The notes beneath the pieces were generated by a model that was not told the DNA's origin, ran no database searches, and saw nothing but the letters and a program-made list of their open reading frames with translations. Of a DNA stretch of 64,000 bases, positions 35,937-49,153 are shown piece after piece. The position numbers and the translations under genes were made by a program. The DNA comes from Anthoceros angustus (lineage: Eukaryota; Plantae; Anthocerotophyta). Numbering within the stretch: position 1 is the first letter of the stretch; each line of letters opens with the position of its first letter. Location: NCBI GenBank assembly GCA_010909165.1, contig MU008158.1, positions 2,319,478 through 2,383,477 of the forward strand. The letters run 5' to 3'.

Positions 35937-36495
35937 CTGATTACTTCGCTGCCCTAGCCGTCTGAGACTTTATCTGGCCATCTGTCACCCTGAGTTTCGA
36001 CCTCAGGTGGAAGATGTTCCATCCTTTTGATGCAGTCCTTTCCGAGACTGCATGTCTGCAACACCTGGTCCTGTTCCTGCATCTCACACTGCCCATCGCT
36101 GATATCTCGGCCCCATTCATTCCCGTCTTTCCAGTGTCCGTAGTCACGTCATCCGGGGGCATCCTGTGATCTGCAGGACGCTGTAAGACTTCCGCTGGAG
36201 GGACTTGAGTTGGCCGTCTGTTACCTCTGAGCTTGTGTCATAGAGGGATGCTCAAATGCCTTAGGAGACGCCGGCACAGTACAGAAGCTTCTTGGGATCT
36301 CTGTCCTACGCGTGGTGGCCAAGCCATGAGGAGTGTGAAGCCCAGACGTCTTTTCCGCCTCAAGAGGTGCCACTGGTGCCTTAGTCGTCAGCCTGAGGTC
36401 TGTCGCAGAATCCCCCGCTGGCCCTCCACATCCTCCGCTAGGGGCAATTTTCCCCAGTAACTCGCAAGAAAGCCCAGCGTGTTTGCAACAAGCCC
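35937..36495 (-). pseudogene. Truncated duplicate of the middle of Lsi2
   Basis: GLVANTLGFLASYWGKLPLAEDVEGQ...TTKAPVAPLEAEKTSGLHTPHGLAT, near-identical to ~42870-43360. Confidence 0.85.
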
Positions 36496-36879
36496 CAGCG
36501 CCGGTTATTGGACTGAAACCGCATTACATTTTTCACGACAAAACTGTGGAAAGTGCTATTCAAATCCGGTTACTTCGACCGCTTTTTGTTGTAGTGGATT
36601 GTTGGTGCCTTTGTGGCATCATCAGCGGCCTCTGTTTCGGGCACCTTGCACTACTTCTGCGATTCTCCTCGTTGTCCTCGAGTTTCGGCACCTTGGCTGC
36701 TTGCTAGGTAAATCTAGTTTTACACAGCTCTGAGGCAAAGGGCATGGTTATCAGCCCGTTTTGAAGGCTCTATGAAACCGGAGCTCTGGGGCACGGGAAA
36801 GGGGCATGGCTACCGGCGTGTTTTGAAGGCTCTTTGAAGCCGGCGCCTAAGTAAGTCTGTGTCTTGGCTTAAAAACCAG

Positions 36880-37610
36880 GTGAGAGTGGTTGATTTGAGC
36901 ATTCTGCAACAAACATGCCCTGCCCGATACTCTGCCCTCATACCCCTGCCCTTGAAGGGTACAGAACCAAGATTGCCTTTGTACAGACATATACTGAAAG
37001 TTTAAATGAAAGGCTTTGGCATTGCAGTTTTGCCAAAACTGCCTTGTATCTGTGCAATGCTTTAATTTATGGAAACAGGTTGAGATGCGGATCAGCTGAA
37101 GCAGCTACTGCCCTGCTCAACCTGCACAGGAACTACGCAGATAACTCCCCCCATGGCTAGTGAAGCTACACTGTACAGGTGTAGGAGCAGGAGTCACTAC
37201 TGGCATCAGTGCAGACACTTACAAGGGAGTTTGCTAGGTCTGTCCAGCAGGGACTGTATACTGGAAGCAGCAAAAGCCCGGCTGTTATGGATTGTTATTG
37301 TGGTGCTCAACAACAACAGCCTCACATATATGATCACGGACGAGTTGCAGATCACCCCGTCATCCACAACTTGAGCCACTCCATGCATCTGCTGAACAGG
37401 CTCAAAGTGGGTGGCGAGATTAGTGATGTGGAGAGTTTCAGGGAAGCGTTGGCCCAGGAGATTTGAGCTGGTCGATTGTTATGCACATTGCACATACACA
37501 TGCATGTTATGCTGTGAGGCCCTACAATTGTTGCAAGCCTCCTTGTGCTCGCCAGCTGCTCTCCATGCGGTGTTCCGACCAGGTAAATCCTTTGCCACTC
37601 AGCAATAGGT
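36880..37610 (+). pseudogene. DUF674-family pseudogene (copy B)
   Basis: LTYMITDELQITPSSTT, HLLNRLKVGGEISDVES and LLQASLCSPAALHAVF lie in three frames. Confidence 0.65.
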
Positions 37611-38958
37611 GAAACAACAGCATCTGATATTTTGATCAAGATTGGCTCTAAATGGAGTGTCAGAAGGGTCTCGTTCAAAGCTTAAGGTTGGTTGTGGTGG
37701 CAACTTTAGAGGTTGCTGTCAGTTTCACAAGCACAGCAGTTACTATGAGTTTCTTGTGAAGCCAGGCATATGGAGCAAAGTAGAAGTCGGATTGCCCCCA
37801 TGCGGTAGCACTGCTCCTGGAAGGATGACAGACATGAGCCCACTGGTCTGTAGGCTGTGACTGTTGTGATGAATCAGTCCCCGTGATCACCTGATGATTG
37901 GGGTTTGCTGAGACTTCCCTTGCTCCCTGTTATGTTCCTGTGAAACATTTCTTGCGGTGTGTGGTAGTGGTACTGTTCGTGGGTTTAGACAAGGATATCC
38001 GGAGAAAAGCCAACTATCAGAACAACACAGCAGTGGACCCAAAGACTAGAATTCATAGCTAGGTACGGCTTGCCGGTCTTCACCTTAGTTGCTGCAGTGA
38101 ATCTCGATTCTTAACGAAGCTTGATTCATTGAAGTACAAGATTTATCTGCAAAGCAATCATTGAAGACATTCGCATGCTTTCGGATGTTTTCAAGGCCAA
38201 ACTTCACCAGCAGTAATCTGATCATATCGCACTGAAAAACTTTCACAAACAGACACCTTGGGTTGTCGTTGGTGGCAGGTATGTCTGCCATAACGGACCC
38301 TGCCAAATATGCTCATGAGGAGTCCTGTCCAGTGGATCATCACACTGATCGGTTATGTGCTCCAGCTTGACGAATACGATACTTCCTGCATGGAGTTTCT
38401 GCGGACTGCTTGCTTATGAGGGAGCATCAAACTTGGTTCAGAATCTGTAGGAGCATGCGAATGTCATGAAAACATCATCTGTGGCTGATTTGTTGGGAAT
38501 AGAGAAGACGAAAAAAAAGCGAGTTATGTACAAGGATTACGACCTTGCATGACCACATGATATCCATCACTTGGTTCTTCCTGACACCTACGTTACAAAC
38601 AACTGAGGGATCAAGTAAGGATCCACCTGATTACGCCGTGGTTGGGGTTCCTTCCTTCCTGCAGTCTTCAAAGTCATCCTCCTTTCTGCGAAAACCCAAC
38701 CAGCCTGCCACTGCCAGTCCACGAATAAAAACATGGTGTGGGAATCCCAAGGAGTAAACCATGAGTGCATATTGCTACCAATGAAATGTCACCTTTAGTC
38801 GTCCATAGTTAAAAAGGCATCACCTGATTCCTCCTGGTAATCCTCAGCTCACCACTAAGTGCCGGTTCATTCGGGTGTCGGGTACATTGCAGCTGAGAGA
38901 ATTCCAGGGGCTTCAGAACACCAATTCTTGCAGTTCAAAATAGATATCAAAGTCGCAC

Positions 38959-39101
38959 ACTAAGATCTTGGAGTAGAGTCACCTGAGAGCAGTAACAAGT
39001 AGGTGCTCCAAGTAGGCATGATGTTTACAACTAAGATCTTGGAGTAGAGTAACCCGAGAGCACTAACAAGTAGGTGCTCCCAGTAGGCATGATGTTTACA
39101 A
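38959..39101. repeat. Two 71-bp tandem copies
   Basis: ACTAAGATCTTGGAGTAGAGT...TAGGCATGATGTTTACA occurs twice with a 71-bp period. Confidence 0.9.
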
Positions 39102-39585
39102 CAAGTAGCCCTATAAGCCCATGCGATCTTAATATGATATAATATGGAATAACCTTGCAATGTTTACAAGAAGTAGTATGTAGGGCCATGAAGCTCATAA
39201 TGGGTGGCACCCGTCCAAACGCAAGGATAGGCGACACCCCACCCAAGCATTTTTTCATTCAAAAGATCTATAGTTCAAATAAACTATGTGTGGATGTCAC
39301 TCGTCGAAGGGTCCCCATGACACATAAGTGTTTCTTTGATCACTTGGAAGATATGAATAGGTATGTTATAATCTATAATGAAGTTTTATTTAATAAAACT
39401 ATAAAATTAAAATATTTAATATCTTAGGGTTTAGAGTTTCTTTAATATTTAAAATCTTATTCACTGACATCTCAATATAAGCCAAGAAAGAAGGTGATAG
39501 TAGTACTGATACATAATATCGCATGTTAGATGTGATATGTCAGATAGATCCAACACCACCGTCCGTGTGGATAAAATTCAATACT

Positions 39586-39745
39586 GTCACCGTCACCGTA
39601 CGAAATGAATTTCACGTGTGCCTCCATGAGGGAAAAAGTCACCGTCACCGTCACCGTACGAAATGAATTTCACGTGTGTTTCCATGAGGAAAATAGTCAC
39701 AGTCACCATCACCGTACGAAATGAATTTCACGTGTGCCTCAATGA
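39586..39745. repeat. Three 58-bp tandem repeats, each with a CACGTG (G-box) core
   Basis: TCACCGTACGAAATGAATTTCACGTGTG, with CACGTG at 39613, 39671 and 39729. Confidence 0.9.
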
Positions 39746-40527
39746 AGATCAACTTTTATGGACCGTGGGACAAATTTCAACTCCATTCTTGGCACACAGA
39801 TAATTGTATCACTCGATGCTTATAAACATATTATGAATAATAGTATCTAATACAAGTTTCTAGAGGGATCTTTATGTAATGATAATACCCTACTGAATAA
39901 ATGAAAAACTCTCAGCGGTGTCCTGCGGCCTACGGGAGGGAGACCTAACAGTAAGGTGGAGTATGTAACCGTAGTTGAGCTCGAACCAAGGCAGGAGGTA
40001 CGTGACATGGTTTGTGGGGCGTGACACGTCAGATGGATCCCGCGCCGCCGGGCGCCGGGGGGAAGCAAATGTCACCTGGTCGCTCCTTGCAGGGAGTGAC
40101 GGGGGAGTGGAGTACGCGCGCGCTTCTGGCCTGCGGCCGTCTGCCGCGCCGTGTCGAGAAATCGCGATCCTTCAAACCCTTTTCCCGCGTCCTTTGCCGC
40201 TGTGTTGCCTTGCTGCGATGCACGCGTGCCCTTCCAATTTTGCTTCTTCTTGCGCAAGGTTGCGAGCCGCGGAGGAAGGCGTCTGGGAAGATGCTTGCCA
40301 ACAGCTCTGACATTGCAGCGTCTTGAGCTGCAACGCCTTGTTCCCGGCCCTGGCCTCCAAGTCTGCGCAAGGCACCTCCGACGATTCGCGGTAAGCTTTG
40401 CGGCTGCTGCTTCTTGTGTTGCAAAGCCTGCAAGCGCGCTGGGCAATGCGCTGTTTATGGTGACTGCAAGCGGGAAGTGAAGCGGGAGATTACGGTTGAA
40501 AATCCTGTGGTGTGCAGACCTGGTGCA

Positions 40528-41541
40528 ATGCGAGACGGGAGCGCGCTCATGGAGCATCCCATGCCGCTTGAGGACGGCACCATGGGGGAGGCTATGCTGG
40601 TGCAAGTCAGAGGGAGCAGGCGAGTGGTGTACTTAACGGTGACAACAGACTTTGCCAACACTCTGCTCACTGCGCTCAGCCTGCCGACCAGCATCTTGCT
40701 GGAGTTGTTGAACGAGGCTACGTACCTCTCGCCGATCGGGGCTGTGTCCGGCCTCTTCGAGTCTTTGCGAGATGAAGATGGAGCCTCAGGTGACGAACTC
40801 ACTGACCATGGACCTGAGCAAGAGGATAAGCCTGAGCGCGAGCCGGATCCCGACGAAGATGTGCCGAGTCCGCTTCCTAGGCTGGCAGGCAACAATGGTG
40901 CCACTGCTGGTGTTGGTGACAAGAAGACGAGGACGGTCGGCAGGAAAAGGAAAGCTCTTAACGGAATTGACAAGTCTGATGAGCGGAAGCGCACCCTGGC
41001 GGAGGAGAGGCTGTGGCACCTCTACGTCTACAAGCAGCTTGTGATGCACCAGGATCTGCAGCTCACCAAGATGAGCAAGAAGGAGTACCGGTGTCCTAAT
41101 GCCGCTCCGGAGCAGGACTGCTCCATTTTGGTGTCAGAGGTCAGAGGCAGCTATTGCGTGCATTGCCGAGCGGAGATGACGGTCGAACTGGTGCCTAACA
41201 ACGGGCTTGCCTTTGTCCAGGATGCCCCTACTGTGACATTTACGGAGAACTTAAGGGCTATCCCGCTGAGAAATGAGAGGACCTTTGTGGAGCTCGTGTT
41301 GAGGGAGAAGGACATTCATGATATGTCCATGGTAAAGACGCGCGCCATAACCGTTGGGATTAAACAGGTAAATGTTGCACTTCTTTGGTTGTAGAACCTG
41401 ACCTTCCTTCACCGTAGTTAGTCTAACATGTTCCAATTCCATGTGTGGCAGGTGTTGCAATTAGCTCATGCGGCATTGACGTCATCCACCCCGGTCACTG
41501 ATGTTTTCGGCTATGTGGGAGAGAACTTTGAAACCTGCTGA
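40528..41541 (+). CDS. DUF674-family protein, paralog 2 (exons ~40528-41367, 41452-41541)
   Basis: Collinear with 34627-35792 and has the same last intron. The exon-1 ATG of paralog 1 is AAG here, so the start is assigned to the next ATG (uncertain). Confidence 0.75.
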
Positions 41542-41865
41542 ACGGACTTGGTACCCTTGATGGATTAAACGCGCAAATTGTAAGCAATTCGTATAGATCA
41601 TTTATTTATGAATATCGTTGTGAACAGGGAGTTCTAGAATGCGGGAACTCCCAAGGTATTGTGTTACTCTCCGTTTGATACAGCTCCAGAATAAGAAAGT
41701 AGGAGGTCTCGACTGATCTGCAGGACTCTGCGCCCTCAGGAACTACCAGACGTTTTACTTTGCGGATCCGATGATCAGGGAAGTCGGACCTGAGTGCATG
41801 TAGCTTCTTCACCAATTCACCAGATAGGGTCATTTGAAAGAATCTCCATCATGATAGGAGATCCA

Positions 41866-43933
41866 TTAGCTTCGAACAAGGAAAAGCCCAATAGCCACCA
41901 CAATGAATGTAGACGGCACACCGAATCGAAGATGGTTCCAAAAGGAGAGGTTGTATCCGAGTAGTTGTGCCCTCCTAGCTTGCTCGCTCACGATGAGGTT
42001 GGCTGCAGAGCCCACTAAGGTCAAGTTACCTGCCACAGTACTCACCCAGGCCAGAATGAGCCACGCCCTGGTCACACTGGCTCCAGGTGTGCTAGCTGCA
42101 GATGCTGCTACTCGGGAGCCCAACAGAAGGACTGCACATACAGCACAAGCACTATGGTCAAGTCTTGTGAACAGTCCTGACAGTGTTAGATATTTGCCGG
42201 AAGATGCTTTCTCAACAGCACTGATCACGTTGTGCTCGATAAAGATGAATACCAGTTGGAACATTGGAAGCAACATTCGAGAGGAGGATCACAACAAGTG
42301 CCAGGATGAAGGTGCCCTTGACATCGTTAATCCGCGAAGAAGGCTCCACAGCATTCCAAAGTGCCCCTGGTGCACCAGTCCTGTTAAATCCGTCCACCGC
42401 TATGAACATGCCTGAGAAGAAGACCAGGAGAGAGTAAGAGACCTGCAGAACCGCCCAAAACAACCAACCACAAAGTGAGTGTCTATGTGATTGACCCTTC
42501 TCGTAACAGACATCGCAGATCCTGTCAGTTAGAAAGTTTTCAAGATACGGGAAGCCCACCTGATCAAGGCTGGGGCCTGCATCCCCGAAGTCCAGAACCA
42601 TAAGTGCCACTGCTGCAGTGATGGCACACCAGGACAGGTTTAAGCCTGCCAAAAGTGCTGCCAGCATCCCAAGGGTAATGCCATACACACAAATCTTATA
42701 CCTCCGGCTGGGAGCCATCTCCTTCTCCTGTTCTGTCCATTTCTCAGCCTCGTTGGTAGGAGTTGGCTGGATGGTCACATTCGCTAACAACTGCCCTGAA
42801 GGGGAGGGACTCACAGGCAGCTGGGGATCATATGACAACGAGCGCTGCCGCAGGCGGTGTGAGATGGCATTCGTGGATTCCAGCCTTAGGAGGTCAGTCA
42901 TTTCCAAGGCTGCATGTCCGGTTGCGTGACTGTCCCTGGATGTCACACTGCCCATCGCTGATATCTCGCCTCCATTCATTCCCGCCTTACCAGTGTCTGT
43001 AGTCATGTCATCCAGAGACACACTCTGATCTTGCATGACACTGTAAGACTTCCGCGGGAGGGACTTGAGTTGGCCATCCGTCACCTCTGCGCTTGTTAAT
43101 TCTGTAGAGGAATGCATGAGAGCCTGAGGAGACGGCGGCACAGATGACAAGCTTCTTGGGATTTCTGTGCCATGCGGGGTGGCCAAGCCATGAGGAGTGT
43201 GAAGCCCAGACGTCTTTTCCGCTTCAAGCAGAGGTGCCACTGGTGCCTTAGTCGTCAGGCTGAGGTCGATCGCAGCATCACCCTGCTGGCCCTCCACATC
43301 CTCCGGTAGGGACAATTTCCCCCAGTAAAGCGCAAGTAGCCCCAGTGTGTTTGCAACCATTCCTGCAGCCACTGCGGGGAGAATCCCAACCAAGAAAGTT
43401 CCAAAAGAGATTTTGCTTGTCACTGCAATGACAAGATTCTGCGGATTCCCAATTGGTGTTGCTGCGGATCCTATGTTGGAACTGGAAGCAAGAGCGATGA
43501 GAAAAGGTTGAGGCCGAAGCTTTTTCTCCTTGCAGAGCTTTAGCACAAATCCAGTGAGAATCACACAAGTAGTATCATTAGTGAACAGGGCACTGGAAAC
43601 AGCTGACAGCAAGCACACTCTGATCAGCAGATCCTTACCACCTTGACTCTTCCAAGAAAGGAGCGCACCCAGGTACTTGAAAAGCTCTGCTCTCTCCAAG
43701 TAAACACTCACAGCCATGGTGCCAAACAAGAGGCCCAAGATGGGAATATCAATAGCAGCAAAAGCCTCGGTAGGTGATTCCACTTGGAACACAACCATGA
43801 GAGCTGCCCCAAGAAGAGACCCTGCGGTTCTGCCGATAGGCAGGAAAGGCACAGCAGGAAAGACAGCCATAACCCAGAAGACGATGAATGCTATAGATCC
43901 TAACACTACTTTATAAATTGGAGCCCAAGCCAT
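41866..43933 (-). CDS. LSI2: Lsi2-like silicon/arsenite efflux transporter (ArsB/CitMHS family); exons 43933-42560, 42442-42253, 42131-41866
   Basis: AVPFLPIGRTAGSLLGA, ALFTNDTTCVILT, LASSSNIGSAATPIGNPQNLVIA, SNVASNVPTVLLLG, WVSTVAGNLTLVGSAANLIV. GT-AG introns located. Confidence 0.92.
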
Positions 43934-45603
43934 GTGGCCAATTCCGAGAAAATCTAAGAAGCAGGCCTCAAGAGAAATGGACTGTAACTGGTAGAGCACT
44001 ACAAGTGGAACTGGGACACCGATTCTACTATCACCAATCCCTTGTAGTGGTCAATCTGGGATGATACTCTCGGCCTCCGTGGCAGGCTGTTCTGCTCACC
44101 AACAAATGGATGACGCAGTAAAGTAAGACTGCACCAGTACTCCTCAAGCTGATTCGCCTGGCACTGCTGTACCCTCCAGTAACGTCCTGCAGCCACCACG
44201 GACCCACAAGATGCAAATCAGCTAGCAGCGCAAACTTGAAGGCTGCGACCATAAAAAAATCCAGGCCTGGCGTACGTCATTCGTTGTGAACTCTCGTTGT
44301 GAAAGAGTCCAGAATTTTCAAAACATAACGAACATGCATTCCAGGATCGTTGAACCCGACTGTACCAGAAACACAGTGGCTCAAGAGTTCATGAACGAGC
44401 CGTTGGACCGAAATCGTTCACGACGGAGGCCGAGGAGAAAATGCCAGCGACTCTCAGTTGAAACAGAGCAAGCCACTCAGGCACAACAACCACAAGCCAA
44501 TTGAGAGCCAGTGCCAAGCACAATTAACGGGCTGCGTCGAATTCTGAGAACCAAAAAGAAATTGAGGCCCATCTGTCCACCCACACAACTCCTAACTGCC
44601 TCCTCAATTCCAGCAAGTTACCCAACAACAGCCAAACTCACAGACAACTCATCACAGGCTCGCTGCTGAGCAGACTGCAGATGAATCCCGACCATCTACA
44701 CAAACAATTCCAGCCGCGTCCATGGAAATACCTCCCAGGCCCAGGACGCAGAAGCTACGCGGAAGAGCGTGCAAACAGGAAGGGGAATTCTCACCTGGAG
44801 CGTGGCGCATGCAGAGAAGTGAACACGGTGGGTCCGTTGTCCCCACCAAAAACTTCAGGCGCGCATATGGTAGGGGGACCGCGCGCAACGAGAAGAGAGG
44901 AGAGCCTTAAGGCGCAGCAGAGGAGAAGGGAGACGGGGAGAGGCCTGGGGGGCTGCCCGCAGGAACAGTCTGTGGCCTGCTTCTCTTGAAGCCGAGCGGG
45001 AAGGAGCCAGCAGTACGCTGGCACCGGACCCCGTTACGCCCTCCCCGCCCGGTCTCACTCCACAACTCCACAACGCCGTTGCCTGATCCTAATGATCCGT
45101 CTTCGCCTCTAATAAAACCTTTGTTTCCACTTCGACAAACCAACATCCGTTCCTGGCTCCTGCTGCCTTCGGCCACAAGCGAAGGGCCCAGTCTGGAAAC
45201 AGGAACTTCAGAATCGATTTGCTGAAACAAAAGACGCAGGCATGCAGGTTTGAAAATTAACCGATTTGCTTCACTGGCCAAAGGAAAGGCCACACGACAC
45301 TGAAAAGCGTTGTCACGTGGCAATAACAGATTGGTGTTTGAGAGCGGAAGTCGTTCAGGCTCCACACCAATAGCGACAAACGTAAGTAGCCAAGTCACTT
45401 TCCATGGAGTGGCCCCACTGTATGCACTCGTAGCCTGCGGCTTTGTACGCTCGACATTTGTTAACTCTCACCAACAACGTGTCGGTGGTCAGCACGATGG
45501 GTGGAGCGCACGCCCGGTTCAGCGTGACGGAGGGGAGTCCGAAGTCCTGCACTTGGGGCAACCAGAAGGTGTTAACAACATTAGTAGACAACATTGTAGA
45601 CAA

Positions 45604-47624
45604 TTAAGTCCGGATTTCGTAGTTTGCAGCTCGTGTTACAGCTCTGAATCCTTTGTAGATGCGGTATCCAGCGCCTTCTACATCAGTCTTGCCGATCTGC
45701 AAACCGGAGATAGCAAAGCCCGTTATCTTGAATCCTACTAAGATTGTTGGATACTGTGCGAGGCGGTCTAGACCTGCCTCCAGTTGCACGGTGCCCGTCA
45801 GGCACGGAGATTTGTCCTTGGGAACGCGCCCTACGGTCCAGGCGGATACCTGAAACACGTTGGAAAATGGTCTGGCATTAACGTGGCTGTCATGTGGCAA
45901 GGTCTCACACACTGGGACATCCGCTTTCCAACAGCAACAGCTAACTGCAAAAGGTGCACACAAGTAACGGCGAGTTCAAGCAAGCTCAAGTATCTCACCT
46001 TGGTGCTGTGATTGTAAGTCACAGTGCCGTGATTCGCTGTCAAGTTCGATGATCGAACCCCAGGAGGCCACGGTAGCTGGACAATGATAGAGTCCACCGG
46101 CTTGCCGGTATCGTAGCGGATCCCAACCATGACACTGACTCGACAAACCCCTCCACCGGAAGTGAGTTGTGGCTTGACATATATTGGCGTGTTCTTCAGA
46201 CCCTTCACCCTAGTTAGACAACCAAAACCTCATGTTCACTGCCCATTTTGCTCCAGTCAAAAGCCTGGCCTAGCCCTTCTACAAACCTTTGCACAGCCAC
46301 AACAGAATTCTTACAACAAACCTGTAACTCAATAGCTTGAATGGCCCGTCCGGAGGAATGAACGACAGAGTCTGATTGGACTCCCACAAGCGATAGCGGA
46401 CACAAGGATGGAACCGGACATCATCCAGTATCGATGGATTCGTGAAGGTCAAACTGACGTTGGGCATCCCAGAAAGCCGGGAATTCGCCTGGACTTCTCC
46501 ATATACTTCACATCTTTTGAGAAAACCATCCCTGAGCACAACCATCACATCACAGCAGAAAAAACGTAAGGAGGCATGCATACTCTATACTCTCAAGAGA
46601 AAGATTCCATAGAGCAACATCGGCACACCTGCTGACGGTCGCATCCATCTCCTCAACAAGATCAAAATACACCTCATTATTGACATGCTTTATCCCACTG
46701 GCTCGCCATGAAACATCTGACGCTGCTGCCAGGGGAAGCGAACTTCCAACAGTGGAACTCCCACCAGTCACCACGCTTAATACCCTGCTAACCAGATTAG
46801 GTGCGGATATCATTTCCTTCAGTATGTTCGGTTCAGTAGTCAAAGGAAACCCGCTGTCCATCATTTCATCCAGCAGCTGGTAAACATGTGTGAAAGCTTC
46901 TGTCAGAGTCATCCTCCTTCCCACACTCGCTCTCTCCCCAAATACTGATAAGCAAACTTGCTCACCTGGTAAACAACTACAAAGTTGTCTTTAATCAAGT
47001 CTTCGTTCAGCCCTCCAAGGTAATCAGAAACCACATCTGCGACTCTGCAGAGGAACTTCAGCATGAGAGAGATTCAGCAACATCATTCTCGGCTTCAAAG
47101 ATTGACAGCAATCTCAAGTTTGCACGATCCGGGTTCCACCTACAGTCCCTCAGCGATTCTCACAAAGCCAAGCAAGTTCAACGGTCACCTCGATTGCAAG
47201 TAATGGTGGCATCTCCGACTTGGAACAGGCCAAAAAAGTAACACCCTCTCGTACAATGTTGACCATGTAATATGTCGGAGACGCAAGCACACTTGGTGCT
47301 TGTGTGGTTCCCTTTGAAGAGAAGCAAACACTCAAAAGAATCAGCTACGGCACCTCAGTGCAAACGGTTCCACATCCCCGGACATCACAAACCCTTGGAC
47401 ACATACATTGTGCAAGTAGCCTTCTCCGTGTGTCTGTGACCAGAACCAGCTGCACGCAGATCGATCCACCTGACGTCCCATCCATTGCTTCTCAAGAATC
47501 ACTTCCCTGCAACAGCTCAGTCATCATTGATTCTGCGCAAAACAAAACCTGACCGACAGCTAGAATAAATAACAAAAGGCTTCACTTACCCTGTATCTGA
47601 CAGCAAAAACATGCAATCCAACAT
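45604..47624 (-). CDS. AP3M: AP-3 complex subunit mu, multi-exon
   Basis: MLDCMFLLSDTG; EMPPLLAIE; VYQLLDEMMDSGFPLTTEPNILKEMI; NEVYFDLVEEMDA; FHPCVRYRLWE; TPIYVKPQ; YKGFRAVTRAANYEIRT*. Confidence 0.93.
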
Positions 47625-49153
47625 GGTCACCGATGCGAGCGGCAGGTCCTCCCTTGTGGCGAAGCGCAGAAGGTGTCTACAAGGTGTCAGCAGCGGTGCA
47701 GATAGTTTTGCTCAGCCAAGGCGAGAACTGCACAAAGGACGAGTGATTTCTGAAGGAGGTTAGGTTTGGCTTGGAATTGCTTTCGTTCTTTCGCCAGCGG
47801 TCGAACTCTCCTGCCGAGAGGCGCGCCGGATTGCTTCCCAGCACTGCAGTAACAACGGGGGTTAGGCAGACTCTAAGCTGATATAGGCAGGTAAACGTGT
47901 TGTTCTATTTCTTCGAGACTGGTACATCGACCGCTCGGGCCTGACAGATTGTTGGGTTTCTAGGTATACATACGTGGAGAGCGAAATTGTATTTTGAGAG
48001 AATTATAAATAGAAAATTACAACCCAGGCCCGTGGATGAGAAACAAGCTGGAAATCAAGGGAAGCACGAAGCCATTCCGACAACTGAGTAAACAAACTGA
48101 TGCTAGAATATGTCTCTAGGACCTCAACCTAAGGCCATGAACCCCAGCCTTGTGCAGCACACAACCAAGCAAAACACCCCCATCACCTCAAAAAAAAACC
48201 GACCTATCTCCAAGTTGGAGATGGTTGCCTGGAGCATTATCCAAATGGTATACCTATGTTTCTCCTCACTGCCTAGGCTCCTCCATAGCATCCGCAGCAG
48301 CTGACCTTGATCTGCAATCGGAGAGCCAAAGTTCATCCGCCACCGGATTTCTGTCCACAAAAAGCTTATGTAACATAGAGGTATTAATATTAAATGTGCG
48401 GTTATTAAGGGGAAAACTGGGCAGAAAGGGCCCAGGCGTTATGGAGTAAACTCGCCCATGACAAGACTCACTACAAAAACGATTACAAGAAACCAGGGCT
48501 CGATGATATGGGCTCCCGTCGTATTAAGCCTCATTTCTTTTTTTGGCAGCGGAGGCTAGTCCCCTTTGGTCCTGTGCCCCCTTGAGGGTTGTTCCTTTTT
48601 ATTAGATGGGTTTATTATCTATTTTACTTCATAGAGTTTCCGTTGGCTTTTTGGCAGCCTTTTATCTTGAGTATCTTGCATCTTTGTACTTTGCAATGAC
48701 CTTATTTTAAAATATATTTGAGTAGCCGGGGTCTTGACTTGTGAGGCACTTTAACTCGGGCACAATACGACCCACAGCAGGAACGACCACAAGAAACCAC
48801 GGCTCGACCGGGGTTTGGACGGTAGACAAGGAGTACATTCCTTGTCCCTTTATCCTAAAACCCTCCTAGGTCGAGCATTCGTGTAAAAAGCATCATCAGG
48901 GTTTAGCACGCATGCTTTGTACTTTCAGTGGCGTGTCGTTACCTGGCGTGGCGCGTGCGTTAGTAGGTTTGTACGAGGAGTGAGAGGAGACATATAAAAC
49001 GTTGGAGTTCTTGTTGAGCAATTGGCGCACCGTTGGCCTCCGAGGACCAGCAGCCACCACAATCCCATTGTTGCAAGCACAACAAATAAATGGTTGCGCG
49101 TACGGGATAGGCGGTGTTAGGGGGAAGGGGAGAGGGGAGCCAACGCGGCTCAG

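Noticed and set aside
39586-39745. CRISPR-like 58-bp periodicity
   Set aside because: The whole unit is repeated, with no unique spacers.
44000-45600. Short ORFs between Lsi2 and AP3M
   Set aside because: No motifs were found; the region is more consistent with a spliced Lsi2 leader/promoter and the AP3M 3' UTR.
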